Assembly: GCF_009914755.1 (NCBI RefSeq)
Contig: NC_060947.1
Source: the human T2T-CHM13v2.0 reference genome, Homo sapiens
Direction: 5' to 3' (one strand)
Length of the DNA: 64,000 bases
A program made the position numbers and the translations under genes. This document shows positions 1-14,319 of the stretch, one piece after another; position 1 is the stretch's first letter; each line of letters starts with the position of its first letter. The notes below the pieces were generated by a model. It was not told the DNA's origin, searched no databases, and saw nothing but the letters and a program-made list of their open reading frames with translations.

Positions 1-3000
1 TAATGTAATTTAAATAGTAAAATTATTACAGAAAATATTAGAAATGTAACAGCAACAAGTAAAATGTAAATATATTTTAGTAATCTGTGAGCTTCAGTGT
101 CATTTCTGTGTTATAGGATGAATTACCTGGTGAATATGGGACAAGGGAAAAATAATCATTATGCCATTTTCTTTATGTTCATGTCCCCTTTCCTGTCTCT
201 GGTATTACCCTTTAGTGGATCATCAGAGAAATAGTTTTTCTACTGAGCCCTAGAAATAAATAACAGTAGTAGTCCTGCTTGTTAGAAGACTGAAGATAGA
301 AGATCTAGAATCCATATGCCAGATCCATTACCAATTACTGGACCATGGGTGTGTCTGTCTTTCTCTGAGATTGCCTCATTTCTAAAATACAAAGTACTAT
401 ATAATAGACTGAATAGTAAGAAACTGACATTTTTCTTTGTCAAAATGCTCCAGTTGTGACTATTTTATGCAGTTCATTTTAATATAACAGTGGTTAAGAG
501 TATGAGCTTACTATGATAAGACTTGGGTTTGAAATTAGATTCCACATCAAACCAGTTATGCTTTCTTTACCTGTAGTTTCTTGTCTTTTCAATACAGAAC
601 AGAATAGTATCTGCACCATTATATGTAATTGAAGATTTAATGTGATACTACAAGTAAAGCATTATTGATAGATACATACCAAATGCTCAATAAATGTTAG
701 TTACCTTTATTGTTGTTGTTATTGCTATTCTTGACCTTTTAAGAGCAAATAATGGAAGAAAATGTTATATTTTTAGTTATTAAGATGTTTTATGAAGCAA
801 CGACATTAAAACAAAGTAAGACTGGCAGAAAATCTGAGATATAGTTTAATGGAACAGAATAAAAGCTCAGTCCCCAGGTTTTAAATGTGATAAACTTGAT
901 ATTTCTAATCAGTAAGTAACATGGATTATTCTGGAAATGGTGTTGGGAACAGTTGGCAAACTTTTTCACTTAAAAATATAAATTTTGATCCTTTTCTTCA
1001 TAAACTATGAAGGAAAAAATCCAACATGGCACTGGTATAAAAAATGAATTCACAGTTTATTGGTAAATAACAAAAAGACTAGAAATATAACCAAATTACA
1101 CAATATGCATTTTCAGTATTTACCACTCTAGGTTATTAGTAGTTTCCAATTAAACAACAGTGAAACATCACCTTATTGGCAGGCAAAAATTAAAATGGTA
1201 GATGGTGGATGTCAAGTGTTGTTGGAGTCTATGGAGCCCTCCATGCACTGCTGGTAGAAATACATTCTGGAGAGCAACATAGAAGTGTTTAGTCATATAA
1301 AAGGTACACATTCTCAATGACCCAACATGTCTGCTCCAGGGTGAATACCTCAGAGTCATTTTTATATAGCTAAATAAAAGAATATGTATAAGGGTATATT
1401 TGTGGTGGTGAGAAGTTGAAGGCAACTTGGATATCTATCACAAGGACAAGGAAAAATATTTGTCTATTGTTGAGAATCATTAGATGTGCTATTGTGCATT
1501 TCTGATACCTGGTCCTTTCTTATCCACAAATCAACACTTACCAGCCAGTCAGTGAACCTCTCCCAGCTCCTGTTTCCTCAACCACAAAAATAAGGGAACT
1601 GCATGGACCATCATGGTGACTTTATTCTTTTTTATGTCCTCTGATGTATAGTTCAGTGAACTCTCATATAACTTTATGTTTTTGTCTCTACCTTTTTCAT
1701 ATTAGGATAATGGGCAATGACTTTGAACAGTAGTTTAAACATTAGGTGTTTGACTCTCTTTAAAAGGAATCATTGCTGTTAAGATCTTTAAGTAATAAGG
1801 ATAACCAGGCCATAATTCACTTATCCATATGCTGTAAGTGAAGCTATCTGGAAAAAGAGAAAATGAGAGCATAGAAAATGGCATTTTCTTGAGCACTGAA
1901 ATTTTACCTGAAAAAAGGTTAGAGAAACCTGATATAATATAAAAAGGCTAGAGAGACCTGATCATGGTGCTTTTTCTTCTTATTTTATCTCATGATCATT
2001 TTACAACTTTATTTTAAATTCCAAGCTATAAAAAGTAATATGTGGTAAAGTATAAGAAAATGTTGATCGTCACTGTAAAAAATTTCAATTACTCTAGGAG
2101 TATCTGAAGTAAAACGTGAAAGTCTAGCCCTCAAGACCAAACAGCATTATGTAATGCCTGTGTCTATCTATTGCAAATTCTCATGTAATTTAATGGAACA
2201 AACCTGCTTTTTCAGACCTCTTTCTGTGGCATCTGGATGAGTCATACTGTTTTCAGAGGGACTCTGCTGTGCCAAACTACATCTGCTGAAAAAAAGAAAG
2301 AAGAGCTTACCTTTAAGTGGGAAAATAAATGGCTCTCTCTTTCCAGGGTCTAAGGCAGACAGAATATTTGGAATCATTTAATTGCTTTCTGCATTAGTCA
2401 CCCGACCCTGATATAAAACTTTTACTATTAAGAAGTTTCTCTCAGGGATCAAGCCAGGCCAAAGTCCAGCACCAAAACCAGCAATTTTTGCCTAGTCATT
2501 TGTTTGAACCTTCCTTTCTCTTGGACACCAAAACATGACAGTAACAACTTTAAGGGTTCCAGAGAGGTGCAAAGCATTCAGAACAATGAAGGCATCTGTA
2601 ACATTTTGCAAAGTTGAAATATCTTTCTGTTTATCAAAAAATCCTTGAATGTTCTGGTAATGAGGAGAGTAGAGATCCTTCTTTCAGAAAACACTTGTGA
2701 TCAGTGGACAGAATAGCCGTCTACTCAGGAGATAGGAAAGAGAGAAGTTGGTATCTCTTAGGATAAGATCCGCACATAAGTTAAATTTTGGCTAAATGTG
2801 GTGCTGGTCTGGAGGTACAATTTGTCTCATAATAAAGATTATAGAAGGTTCCTAAAACAATTTTAGATATTCTTCATCCAGGGATACTGACTCCAAGTCC
2901 TATGTGCTTGCCATTAATTGCCCACAAGCTGCTTCACTATGTGCTTATGTTTAATGTTACCATTTACTACTGACCACTCTGAGGTGTATTTACTGTTATT

Positions 3001-3513
3001 GGGGCTTCAAAGCTTCGCTCAGTGGAATCTAAGGCCTGCACTTTTTAACAGGACATCACTACATCCACGCTCCTCACTTCCCTGAGGCTTGTTTCACTTA
3101 ATTCCAGTTTATGGACTTTAAACTGGTACAACTTTTCTTGTTGGCAGGCGGGGAATTAAATTAAGCATGTGTATACCATTTGAGGCAGCAATTCCATGCC
3201 TTGAAATGTACCCTAAGGAAATAGTTAAGGATGTGCACAAGTGTATGGAAACAATAAAATTCATCGACCTAAATTCCTGGCTTTGGTCTTTGCCACAAAC
3301 ATAAATTTATTTAAGGGTAAGAGAACACAAAGAATATCTATCAGGGAATATGGGATATGAAAACAGATAAGTGTTTAAGGACACACAAACACACACACTT
3401 ACAAGCCCTCATGTGCACACATCAAACTGGTCATCAAGGTCTACTTATAAAAGCCTAAAAAGCATGCAAATGTGATTCAGAGACACAAAGAGGACAAACT
3501 ATTATTAAACATT

Positions 3514-3559
3514 ATTAAAAGTAATGGCAAAAACCGCAATTACTTTTGCACCAACTTAA
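3514..3559. mobile_element. MADE1 (Hsmar1-derived MITE), partial
   Basis: AAAAGTAATGGCAAAAACCGCAATTACTTTTGCACCAACTTAA is one arm of the MADE1 palindrome. Confidence 0.85.
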
Positions 3560-4019
3560 TAGTAAATGAATTAAATCTATTTTAAATGCAAACGTGAAAT
3601 ACGTCCTTTAGCAATAAAAAAATGATTCAATGTCATTCATCTCACCACTGTTTATTATAGAAAAATTCTTAGTTCCAAGGTAGGATTACGAAAGTTTTAT
3701 GTCTTTTTTGATCTTTTGTATTAATTTTTTCTTTCACAAATAGGTGTTACTTATGAGATACATAAAATTAAAGAAGAAAGAAGGTCTGTCAATCAAAAAT
3801 TGTAAGGTTATCATCCATATAAGAGTGTAAGTCCCTGTAATTTTAATAGCCTGTGGAAACTCATTTGGTATTACCTAAATCAAGTTAAATGATAATGAAA
3901 TTGTAAAAGGGCAAAGCCACTCTTTAGCATACCAAAAATTATCATTAAGGATTGACACCACTTTTCGACTTCAATAAAAACATAGATGAGAAGTCTTAGA
4001 GGTGTAACACATCACAGTG

Positions 4020-4262
4020 GTAAACAAAACACAGACATGGTCCCTGTCCTTCTGGAGCTTGCAAACTTAAGGGAAAGATAGTGAAGCCAGCAATAATAAA
4101 GTTTCATAGGTGCTATGATAGGAGAACTCAGAGTGCTATGGAGCAAAGCAGATAGCACAAACACCCACCTGGTCTTAGGTGTTTTGGGGAGGCTTCCCAT
4201 AGGAAGTGATGTTTAAACTGAGACCTGAGGGATAAGGAGGCATTACCCAAGTAAAGAGGAGA
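4020..4262 (-). mobile_element. L2 LINE 3' fragment
   Basis: Typical L2 tracts ACAGACATGGTCCCTGTCCT and GGCTTCCC..GGAAGTGATGTTTAAACTGAGACCTGA. Confidence 0.65.
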
Positions 4263-4430
4263 GAGTGGAGCTAACGTGAGAGCCTAGCCAAATATAACAG
4301 GCAGGAAATACTCTATGACCTGGTTCATCCCTGGGGATATCCTGTGTGGAAATCCACTACCCGGTAGTTGGGCATGTCCGGAAACTGCATGAAACATAAC
4401 AGGACAATTGTAGAAAGTGCCTGAACTCTG
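4183..4430 (+). repeat. Ancient repeat module D (paralog of 35557-35802); left half is L2-derived
   Basis: Colinear, roughly 75-80% identical by eye, including non-L2 sequence (TTCATCCCTGG..GGAAATCCACTA..GTTGGGCATGTCC..AGAAAGTG). Confidence 0.85.
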
Positions 4431-4907
4431 TAGTTCATGCCCATGACAGAATCCAAGGTTGAGAGCTCCTAAGAGTTGTCTCATCCTTAACTCTTTCTAT
4501 AGCATCTTGACAGTGAGCTTCAATCAGGAGAAGAAAAAAAATCAATAGTATGTTAAAAAAAAATCAGTGTTTAAGTGATATAGCTGAAATGCTGATACTT
4601 TGCATATCAGGATGTCTCTACTGCACCCCTTTTCCCTTTCCTTTAGAGAGTGGTCCTTCAGGACTCCTATACTCCTCTGGTTTATGTTGGCTGTCTATGA
4701 TGTCTGAGCCTGGTTATGCGTGTACAGGCGAACACTAACACTGGGCATGTCTAGTAGAGCATAAACCATGTAGTTCTAGAACTCACGAAAGAGGAGGCCA
4801 GGTGGCAGTGATAGATTCAGGCTGGCAGTGGCTAACACACAGAAGATACTCAAACACTATATGGTGAATGGAAGGATGAATGGATGAATGAATGAATGAA
4901 TGAATGG

Positions 4908-5216
4908 TATATTAGTTTGTTCTCATGCTGCTAATAAAGACATACTTGAGACTGGGTAATTTATAAAGGAAAGAGGTTTAATTGACTCACAGTTCCACAG
5001 GGCTGGGGAGGTCTCACAATCATGGCAGAAGGTGAATAAGGAGCAAAGTCACGTCTTACATGGCAGAAGGCAAGAGAGCTTGTGCAGGGGAACTCCCATT
5101 TATAAAACCGTCAGATCTTGTGAGACTTATTATCTCCACCTGGCCCCACCCTTGACATGTGGGGATTATTACAATTCAAGGTGAGATTTGGGTGAGGACA
5201 CAGCCAAACCATATCA
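4908..5216 (-). mobile_element. THE1B/C (MaLR) solo LTR with small internal deletion
   Basis: Ends ...CAGCCAAACCATATCA (rc of the THE1 start); 5-bp TSD AATGG at 4903-4907 and 5217-5221. Confidence 0.88.
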
Positions 5217-5328
5217 AATGGAGTGAATGAATGAAAGAATGACAGATTTTTGAAGACAGGAGAAAATAAAACTGAGTATTTACCTCTTCAGGATGTTTCT
5301 ATCCATATTTGTCTTTTGAAAATAATTG

Positions 5329-6360
5329 TCAAAAAATTGACAAATGGGATCTAATTAAACTAAAGAGCTTCTGCACAGGGAAAGAGACTATCAACAGAGT
5401 AAACAGACAACCTACAGAATGGGAGAAAATTTTTGCAAACTATGCATCTGACAAAGATCTAATATCCAGCACCTATAAGGAACCTAAACAAATTTATAAG
5501 AAAAAACCCAAACAACCCCATTAAAAACTGGGCAAAGGACATGAACAGATGTTTCTCAAAAGAAGACATACATGTGGCCAACAATCATATGAAAAAAAGC
5601 TCAACATCACTGATCATTAGAGAAATACAAATCAAAACCACAATGAGATACCATCTAACACCAGTCAGAATGGCTGTTATTTAAAAGTCAAAAAATAACA
5701 GATGCTGGAAAGGTTGTGGAGAAAAGGGAAAGTTTATACCCTGTTGGTGGGAGTGTAAATTAGTTTAGCCATCGTGGAAGACAGTGTGGCGGTTCCTCAA
5801 AGACCTGAAGACAGAAATAGCAGCAATCCCGTTACTTGGTATATACGCAAAGGAATATAAATCATTCTATTATAAAGACACATGCATGCATATGTTCATT
5901 GCAGCACCATTCACAATAATAAAGACATGGAATCAACCTAAATGCCCATCAATGGTAGACTGGATAAAGAAAATGTTGTACCTATACACCATGGAATACT
6001 ATGCAGCCATAAAAAAGAAAAAGGCCATATCTTTTGCAAGGACATGGATGGAGCTGGAGGCTATTATCCTTAGTAAACTAATGCAGGAACAGAAAACCAA
6101 ATACCCCATGTTCTCACTTATAAGTGGGAGCTAAATGATGAGAACACATGGATACACAGAGGGGAACAACACACACTGGGAACTTTTGGCAGGCAGAAGG
6201 TGGGAAGAGGAAGAGGATTAGGAAACAACTAATGGGTACTAGGCTTAATACCTGGGTGATGAAGTAATCTGTACAACAAACCCCCATGACACAAATTTAC
6301 CTGTGTAACAAACCTGCACTTGTACCCCTGAACTTAAAACAAAAGTTAAAAAAAGAAAAT
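5329..6360 (+). mobile_element. 5'-truncated L1 (older L1PA/L1PB), ORF2 C-terminus + 3'UTR
   Basis: ORFs [15 protein letters not shown] and WNQPKCPSMVDWIKK; A-rich tail. Confidence 0.92.
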
Positions 6361-6457
6361 AATTGAGATTGTATTATATGTCTGCTTTCTAAGCTGATTT
6401 TTAAAATATTGTGGATCTTTATCATTAAGTTTTTTTATTTCAATAAAACTTAAAAAA

Positions 6458-6649
6458 TACCCATTGATATTAATGAGAGTTGCAGTTTGAATATTATAGA
6501 GCAGGAAGCTTAGGAATGAGGGAGCTGTTCATGTTCCATCTTGCCAGTCAGCTTTTTGGAGGTCTCCTGGAGCAAAAATATTGCTAGAAAACTCAGCAAC
6601 TGCCTCAGACTTGAGAGAAGAGAAACAGACATCCCTAGCCTGATCAGAG

Positions 6650-6687
<38 letters not shown>

Positions 6688-6690
6688 TTG
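6458..6690 (+). repeat. Ancient repeat module A, copy 1 (most diverged; CTCF core decayed)
   Basis: AGTTGCAGTTTGAATATTATAGAGCAGGAAGCTTAGGAATGAGGGA aligns to copy 5 AACTGCAGCTTGGATATCACTTTAGCAAGAGATCTAGGAAGGAGGGA; ends in (TG)n. Confidence 0.55.
6651..6684. repeat. (TG)n microsatellite
   Basis: About 17 TG units. Confidence 0.95.
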
Positions 6691-7873
6691 TGTGTGAATA
6701 TTTTGGGTTATATATTTTAACATACTTTACACATACATTGATTTATTTTGAAATAATAACTTACCGTATATTTTCTAATCAGATTTTTCTCCATTTAAGA
6801 GTGTAGTTTGAAGACCTTTTCATGTCCATATGTATACATTATTAGTTTTATAATTCAGTTTCAAACCAGCTATTTTCTGTGTTTTGAAGGTATCAGTACA
6901 GTTATTTTTTCTGGCTATAAAATAGATATGTGGTTATTTAAACAAAGTGGAACAATATAGTAGTAGTACATTATTAGAAGGTAAAATTTAACCTCTCTTA
7001 CCTCACAACTCTTTACTCCAATGATATCACTGGTGCTAGTAGGCTATGTGTCCTTCCAGATGTTTTCTCTTGCCAATTAGATATTAACTTAGACATACCA
7101 ACAGACTATACAAATACACATATAATTTTATATTCCTTTGCAGAAATGAGATCATATATTCACAATGTTATGAATTTTTAAACCTAATATTATATCTCTT
7201 TGTTTTATTTTCATTTCTATAATTATTATTTGTTGAAATTTTTTCCACATTTTATTGCCGGGGTATTACTCTGAGATTTCTGCCTTTTAATAAGTATTTA
7301 TAAATCTCCATTTAGATTTTCTGATTTAGAAGACAATACAGAAGATATTTTAAAATGCCACTGGAATGCATTCTCCACTGTCCGGACCATCTCTAGGGAA
7401 ATTCCAGCCTCCCGAATGATTAGATTCAAAGCCCAGGAGGCTGCAGGTCAATTGGGAGAGAGCTAGGACCTTAGAGAGTGCAGGTTTTGAGTCCTCTCTC
7501 TGCCACTTTCGAGCCTTTAGACTTGAGGCAAGTTACTTATGAGTCTTATATTCTTCATCTGTTTAATGGAGATCATACTAGTTACTTTGAATGGTGGTTA
7601 CTAAGAATAAAGGAGGTAAAGTGTAATGTTTACCCTACACAGGATAAATCATACGAATGTTATGTTCATTCTCCCGATCTTACCTTCCCAAACTGCCACA
7701 CCAACGTTTCTGCCTGGACCCTGCACCATCTGAGGTACCAGTCAATCTGTGTCTTAGCATAAGGGGCATATTTCAGTACTACAATTGTTAATACAAACTA
7801 ATGCAATAGGTATCATATGTGCATGATACAGGTGACACACTACGAAAATTATCAAACCCCCTTTATTTCACTT

Positions 7874-8188
<315 letters not shown>

Positions 8189-8511
8189 CCTTTATTTCAC
8201 TTTCTAGGTTAATTCTAGAGAAGTTTCCCATTGAGTCTGAAAAGACAAGATGCCACAAAAGAACACAGCATAACAATGAATCTGTTTGAGGGGATATTTG
8301 CATTGAGATTCAGATGATTCAGGATCCGGCAACTGGGTAATTGTTGAGCTTATCTTAGGTAAGTGACTTCTGTTCTTTCAACCTCATTTCTATAATGGAA
8401 TAATGCTGTCTGTAAGTGTTTAATAACATGGATTTTGGAGACACACAGTCCATTATTACAACTTTGCCAATAACTGTGTGATCTTGCACGTTACTTAATC
8501 TTCTAAGCCTC

Positions 8512-8702
8512 TGTTTTCTTCCTTCCTTTCCTTCTTTCTCCTTCCTTCCCTCCTTCCTTCCTTCCTTCCTTCCTTCCTTCCTTCCTTCCTCTTTCTCTCT
8601 CTTTCTTTCCTTCTTTCTTTCTTTCTTTTCCTTCCTGCCTTCCTGCCTGCCTTCTCTCTCTCTCTTTCCTTTCTTCTCTTTCTTTCCTTCTTTCTTCTTT
8701 TT
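8512..8702. repeat. (TTCC)n/CT-rich polypyrimidine tract inside a MIR
   Basis: About 190 bp of nearly pure pyrimidine tetranucleotide repeats, flanked by MIR-like sequence. Confidence 0.9.
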
Positions 8703-10043
8703 TACATCTAACCAAGGGATAATAATACTACCTATTCTACATGGTGGTAAGGAAGAATCAAAGAGCTAACATATGAAACATTCTTAGCAGGATGACTAGC
8801 ACACAGTGAGGGTTCAGTAAATTTTAGCTATTGTTAGTATTATTAGTCCTCTCAACCAGGGCCAAAACCAGAGTGAAGCGAATAAAGTACATAGAGCAAA
8901 CAGTTTAAGGAGACATTCACTTTTGGGATTATGCAAATGCTAATGCTGCACCTGTACAGTCTTGAGTACCTCCATGAGAGAAAGTGCCTCTTTTACACTT
9001 GCCTCATCTTAGTCTGTAACAGGATTTCAGCTTGGTGTTTTGGTTTTGCTCACTAGAGAACTCAAGGAACTCTGAGCATCTGCAGTGTGCTTGGCACTGT
9101 AATTCCTTTATTATATATTTTACCACATCTATTCATCACTTGTAACTCTGGTGTGGGGAATTGTCACCTCCATTTCATAGATTAGGAGACTAAGGCACAG
9201 AGAGATAAGTATCTTGTTTTGGGCCACACATTCACTAAATGGTTAAGAGGTAGGAAGAAGTGTCCTTTTGACTGCCATGTTTCTTTCAGGATATCACAAA
9301 ACCTCAACTGTAAATCCTGTATTTCTAAACCAGGTAATGTTTTCTTACTGCGTTGATGTGTGAAAAAACTCAAATGCATGCATTTATTTCTAGGAAGATT
9401 CTAGTCTTTCCTCTCTTATTCATTAGCTGTCTGATCTTGAGTAAGTAATCGAACCTCTCTGGACTCCATTTTGTCACCTGTAAAAAAAGTGAGTTGAATG
9501 TCATTGTCAAGAATTCTCTAAATATTTCACATCCTATAATTCATAATTTAATTCTGCCTTTTACTTTTTTGTCTCTTTCCTCTTGTTAAGTGGACAGAAA
9601 TGTGCAAAGATGCCCTTAAATACTTCGAGGTGGAACTCTTTTTGAAAGGAACCTCTAAAAATAAAAGAATTCATAAAAATAAGACGATAAGCCATCTATT
9701 CTATATAACAGAATGTTATATATGGAGATAAAGTAATACAGGGCATATTTATTAAGAAATGTTCAAGAAACAGGAAATATTGTTTAAGATTATGCCTGAC
9801 ACAAAGTTAAGGAGAGAATCAAACAAAACCTGAGTGTATTAGCTGTGACTATAAAATAATAATCTTGGTGTTCTTGTGAGGGTTCATAAACTGGTTGCGA
9901 AGCCAGTTGCTACTATCTTGATCAATAACAATCTCTTTGCACAGGTATGTGACTTTATGGGAATGGGTGTCTCTTTTGAAAAGCAATCCTGGTCTTTGTT
10001 TAAAAGTCTGATGTTGGTGAGGAAGGATATAAATATACCCTAT

Positions 10044-10173
10044 AGCCAGGTGCAGTGGTGGGTGCCTGTTATCCCAGCTACTCAGGAGGCTGTGATGTGA
10101 GGATCACTTGAGCCCAGAGTTTGGGGCCAGCCTGGGCAACATAGCGAGACCCCATCTCTTTTACAAAATAAAG
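10044..10173 (+). mobile_element. FLAM (Alu monomer)
   Basis: Monomeric Alu arm, GGATCACTTGAGCCCAG..CAGCCTGGGCAACATAGCGAGACCCCATCTC. Confidence 0.85.
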
Positions 10174-10532
10174 TAATTCTTATGATTCCATTGTCATTTG
10201 AGTATAGAAAAAATTGTCATTGGAGAGTAGGAGGACATCATAGATAAGATTGGGAGGGCAGCTTGATAGTGTCTCTTAAGGCAATGGACATACTTTGTTT
10301 TCATGGGGACTTGAGTGAACTCTGGTTGAATATGATGCTTCTGTGGGTTTATTTTGTGGCAAAATGATAACTAAAAACTTTAATTCATGGAGCTTTAAAG
10401 CACTTTCACATCTTTCTCATAAAACTGGCACTGGTACCCCGGGGCTTATGAGTCCGTGGCCTGTGCCATTGGCAGTAATTAGCTCCAAGTTGCCTTGTGA
10501 TTTCACCATACATTAATTTCCTACACTCAAAG

Positions 10533-10640
10533 ATAATATAATATAATATATAATTATATTATATTAATTATATAATATATAATATAATTAATATTAATTA
10601 ATATACATTATATATTATTATACCTAATAATAATATAATA
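10533..10640. repeat. AT-rich low-complexity repeat
   Basis: ATAAT/ATATT-type repeats. Confidence 0.85.
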
Positions 10641-11544
10641 CTTGATTTCTCAAACACTCAATTATAATATATAGCTCATTTTTTTCTCTTGCACAATCCT
10701 GGGTGGTTGAGGGGCAGGACAGGTAAAATTTAGGTAGGTGAGATCAGAAAGATGTGAAGGGATTTAACTAAAGTTGTCACGGAATTACTGGGTTAGGTCT
10801 TTTACTGGGAGGCAGACAGACCTCCTGACTTAAGTGGTCTCTCCAGAAACCAAAGTACTGGCATTGTTCCTATGAATACCTTGCTTTTTAAGGGAACAAA
10901 GGAACAAGGATTCTCTGACATTGACATGTAGAAAGTAAAATAAGAGGACAGGAAAGCACATGAAACATAAGAAGTGCATGCATAATATTATTATTTTTAA
11001 AAATCTGCCTCCACCTGCCTAGAAGTTCCTGTGCTCTTAGGAAAACTCTGACTCGAAGCATAAAAATGGTTCCCTTTTCAGAGAGGGCATTGATCATAAA
11101 GGGCCACAGGGATTCTACTGTAAGCTCAAAACTGTCCCAGAAATCTATCACTTTGTTCTGGCAGAAAGGGTTCAATGGAAAGCTTATTTTTTATGAGCAT
11201 TCATTACGTCTGGATCACAATTAGATCTCAATAAATATTGGTTAATTTTATTTGCATTGAACAGAATCTTCAGTAAGGTCTTATGGGTCCTGATCAGCTA
11301 TATCCAATGACAGTTGTTTTGATAAAGTTGACTACAAAGATTAGCAAAACCATGAATCAGAGAACTGAGCTTGGCAAGAGGAGACAGACAAAAAACAGAG
11401 AGAGGAGCTCAACATACAGATGAGCCAGATATTTCACCATGTCACTACTTCATCCCTGAGGAAGTCTTGTAGAAAAAAGTAACACAGCTCAGAGGAAAGT
11501 GTCTGTTCCTCAGAATAATTATTTATTGAACGAATGAATGAACA

Positions 11545-12120
11545 AGGGAGATGCAGACTTGGGAGTCATCACCAGCAAATAAAAGAGAATGTACCCTTTC
11601 TATATTTTTCCAGACATGAACATTTTTCAAATATATTTTGGATCATATTATACATACTGTTTCATAATCTATTAATAAGTCACAATGATTACTAGTGTTT
11701 CTGCTTGTAGAAATAGATACTTTTCTATTGCAGCAAAGATACAATATTGAGATAATTGCCACCTGTTGGTCAAATGCAGAGCTACATCTCTGACTGTCTT
11801 GGAGGAGGCTCCGTAAAGATTTGAGGAGGGAGGGGCCTCTGGCTTGACCCACCAAACAGGGCTTGCTGGAGGCTTGAATGGCACAGGCAGCCCTTCCTGC
11901 AGAATCTATTGCTGCTTGGCTTTCTGAGCTTCTGGCAGGAAGTTTCACCCTTATCTCAGATCAAGAGAAAGCTGCCAGTGTGAGTGTCTCTTGAGGGAGT
12001 GTGTATCAGTTTTGTGTGAGTGCGTTTGTGCGGATATTTTGTATTTTGGGTCATAGCCTTTTAGACACGTTTGCTTTATACTTACACTTACTCATACATA
12101 TAAGAGTATTATCAACGACA
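11545..12120 (+). repeat. Low-copy ancient repeat, head module A, copy 2 (paralogous to 51915-52445)
   Basis: Direct alignment by eye; core 11749-11991 vs 52085-52327 is gap-free with about 28 mismatches in 243 bp. Confidence 0.92.
11757..11786 (-). promoter_or_regulatory. Bipartite CTCF motif (core + M2/upstream motif), ancient repeat copy 2
   Basis: TGCCACCTGTTGGTCA, 5-bp spacer, then AGAGCTACA. Reverse complement resembles the CCASYAGRKGGCA core plus the TGCAG-type upstream motif. Binding is not demonstrated. Confidence 0.6.
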
Positions 12121-12760
12121 AATGGGACAGATTATATTATACATAAAGTATGCAATCTGGTTTTTATGCTTAATAGGGAATACCTTTCGAAGCGAGTGTT
12201 TCTATAACATCAGTTGTGTGAATCAGATCGTAACAAAATTTTTCCTGTGCTTTGAAAATTTTTATTTTGATTACTTTTCTGAATTGCAAAACGAATACAT
12301 ATTTGTCTTTTAATGATATCAAATCATGCAGAAATGTGTAAGTGGAAAATGAAATTGTGCTTTGTTTACCCTCTCAAGATAAACATTTTTAATGGTGTGC
12401 TAATATATTCTACAAATGTTTCTATCCCAATATAATGTACTAGCATATGTAAGTACTTTTATATAAAAGCCCTAAATATGTATATACACGATATAGATGT
12501 ACACCACTCTATACCTATTCTTCAACAAAGACAATGAGACAACATGTTAATCTGTCCCTTTCCTTTTTCCACTTACGAAATCTTAAAATTTTTGTTTGTA
12601 TTTCTTTGTTATTGTGTTTGGGTTGTTTTTCATCGGTTTGTTGGGGATTTATATTGCTTTTTATGAAAATTAGAAGTTACTCTGTATCCATCCTCTAGTA
12701 GTCAAAAAGAATTTTTTATATGAAAGATGACTGTACAATTAATTGTTCAAACTGACACTT

Positions 12761-14147
12761 AAAGAATAATTTCAACTGTTATTTTAGATTCGGGGAGTAT
12801 ATGTGTAAGTTTGTTACCTGAGTATATTGTGTGATGCTGAGGTTTGGGGTGTGATGGATCCTGTCACCCAGGTACTGAGCATAGTACCCAGCAGTTAGTT
12901 TTTCACCCCTTGTGTCCCTCCCTAACTTCCGCCTTTAGTAGTCCCAATTTAGGTTGGTTCCATGTCTTTGGTATTGTGAACAGTGCTGTGATCAACATAT
13001 GAGTGCATGTGTCTTTTTGGCAGAAGGATTTATTTTCCTTTGGATGTATACCCAGTAATGGAATTGCTGGGTTGAATGGCAGCTCTGTTTTAAGTTCATA
13101 GAGAAACCTCCAAACTGCTTTCCACAGTGGCTGAACTAACGTACATTTCCACCAGCAGTGTATAAGCATTCCCCTTTCTTCACAACCTCACCAGCATCTG
13201 CTATTTTGTGACTTTTTAATAATAGCCCCTCTAACTGGTGTGAGATGGTATCTCATTGTGCTTTTGATTTGCATTTCTCTAATAAGTAATGTTGAGCATT
13301 TTTTCATATGCTTGTTGGCCACATGCATATCTTCTTTTTAGAAATGTCTGTTCATGTCCTTTACTTTTTGCTTGTTGATTTAAGTTCTTTATAGATACTG
13401 GATATTAGGCCTTGTTAGATTCATAGTTTGCAAATATTTTCTCCCATTCTGTAGGTTGTCTATTTACTCTGCTGATAGCTTCTTTTGCGGTGCAGAAGCT
13501 CTTTAATTTAATCAGGTCCCATTTGTCAATTTTTGTTTTTGTTGTAATTGCTTTTGAGGACTCAGTCATAAACACTTTCCCAAGGCTGATGTCCAGAATG
13601 GCATTTCCTAGGTTGTCTTCCTAAGATTCTTATATTTGAGGTCTTACTTTTAAATCTTTAATCTATTTTTAGTTAATTTTTGTACTAATATATGTTGAGA
13701 GGTAGGGGGTCCAGTTTCTTCTGCATATGGCTAGCCAGGCATCCCAGCACAATTTATTGAATAGGGAGCCCTCTCCCCATTGCAACTTTGTCAAAGATCA
13801 GATGACTGTGGGTATGTGGTCTTATTTCTGGGTTCTGTATTCCGGTTCATGGTCTATGTGTCTGTTTTTGTAGCAGTACCATGCTATTTTGGTTACTGCA
13901 GCCTTATAGTATAGTTTGAAGTCGGGTAGTGTGATGACTCCAGCATTGTTCCTTTTGCTTAGGATTGCTTTGGCTATTTGGGCACTTTGTTCTATATGAG
14001 TTTTAGAACAGATTTTTTTTTTTTTAGTTCTGTGAAAAATTAAGAATAGTGTTAAATCTGTAGATTGCTTTGGTCAGTATGGCCACTTTAATGATATTAA
14101 TTATTCTTTTCTGTGAACATGGGATATTTTTCCATTTTTTTGTGAAT
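12761..14147 (-). mobile_element. 5'-truncated L1 (L1PA/PB) with an internal deletion, inserted into a hAT-Blackjack MITE (MER94/MER81-like)
   Basis: L1 3'UTR and ORF2 C-terminal homology; TSD TGACACTT on both sides; flanks 12726-12760 and 14148-14226 rejoin into a Blackjack-type MITE. Confidence 0.85.
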
Positions 14148-14319
14148 TGACACTTTTGAGAGTAAAAGGTGGTCTGTGAAACAACAGACATAAATTGAAA
14201 CCACATCAAGCTATATGCTCATCTTCTTATATATTATGAACATTAACTCAATGTCTGTAATACACGTGCATCATTTTTTCCCATTTTATATTTCTTTTTA
14301 TCAGCTTTTGCAATGCAAA

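Noticed and set aside
2255-2330. GCCAAACTACATCTGCTGAA resembling module A (GCCAGAACTACATCTCTGAA)
   Set aside because: Similarity does not extend to either side and there is no CTCF core upstream; probably chance.
4795-4812. GGCCAGGTGGCAGTG as an extra CTCF site
   Set aside because: Only the 3' half of the core matches and it is in the opposite orientation to the array sites.
8503-8715. Charged 70-aa ORF (RKEGRKEG...)
   Set aside because: Translation of the (TTCC)n simple repeat.
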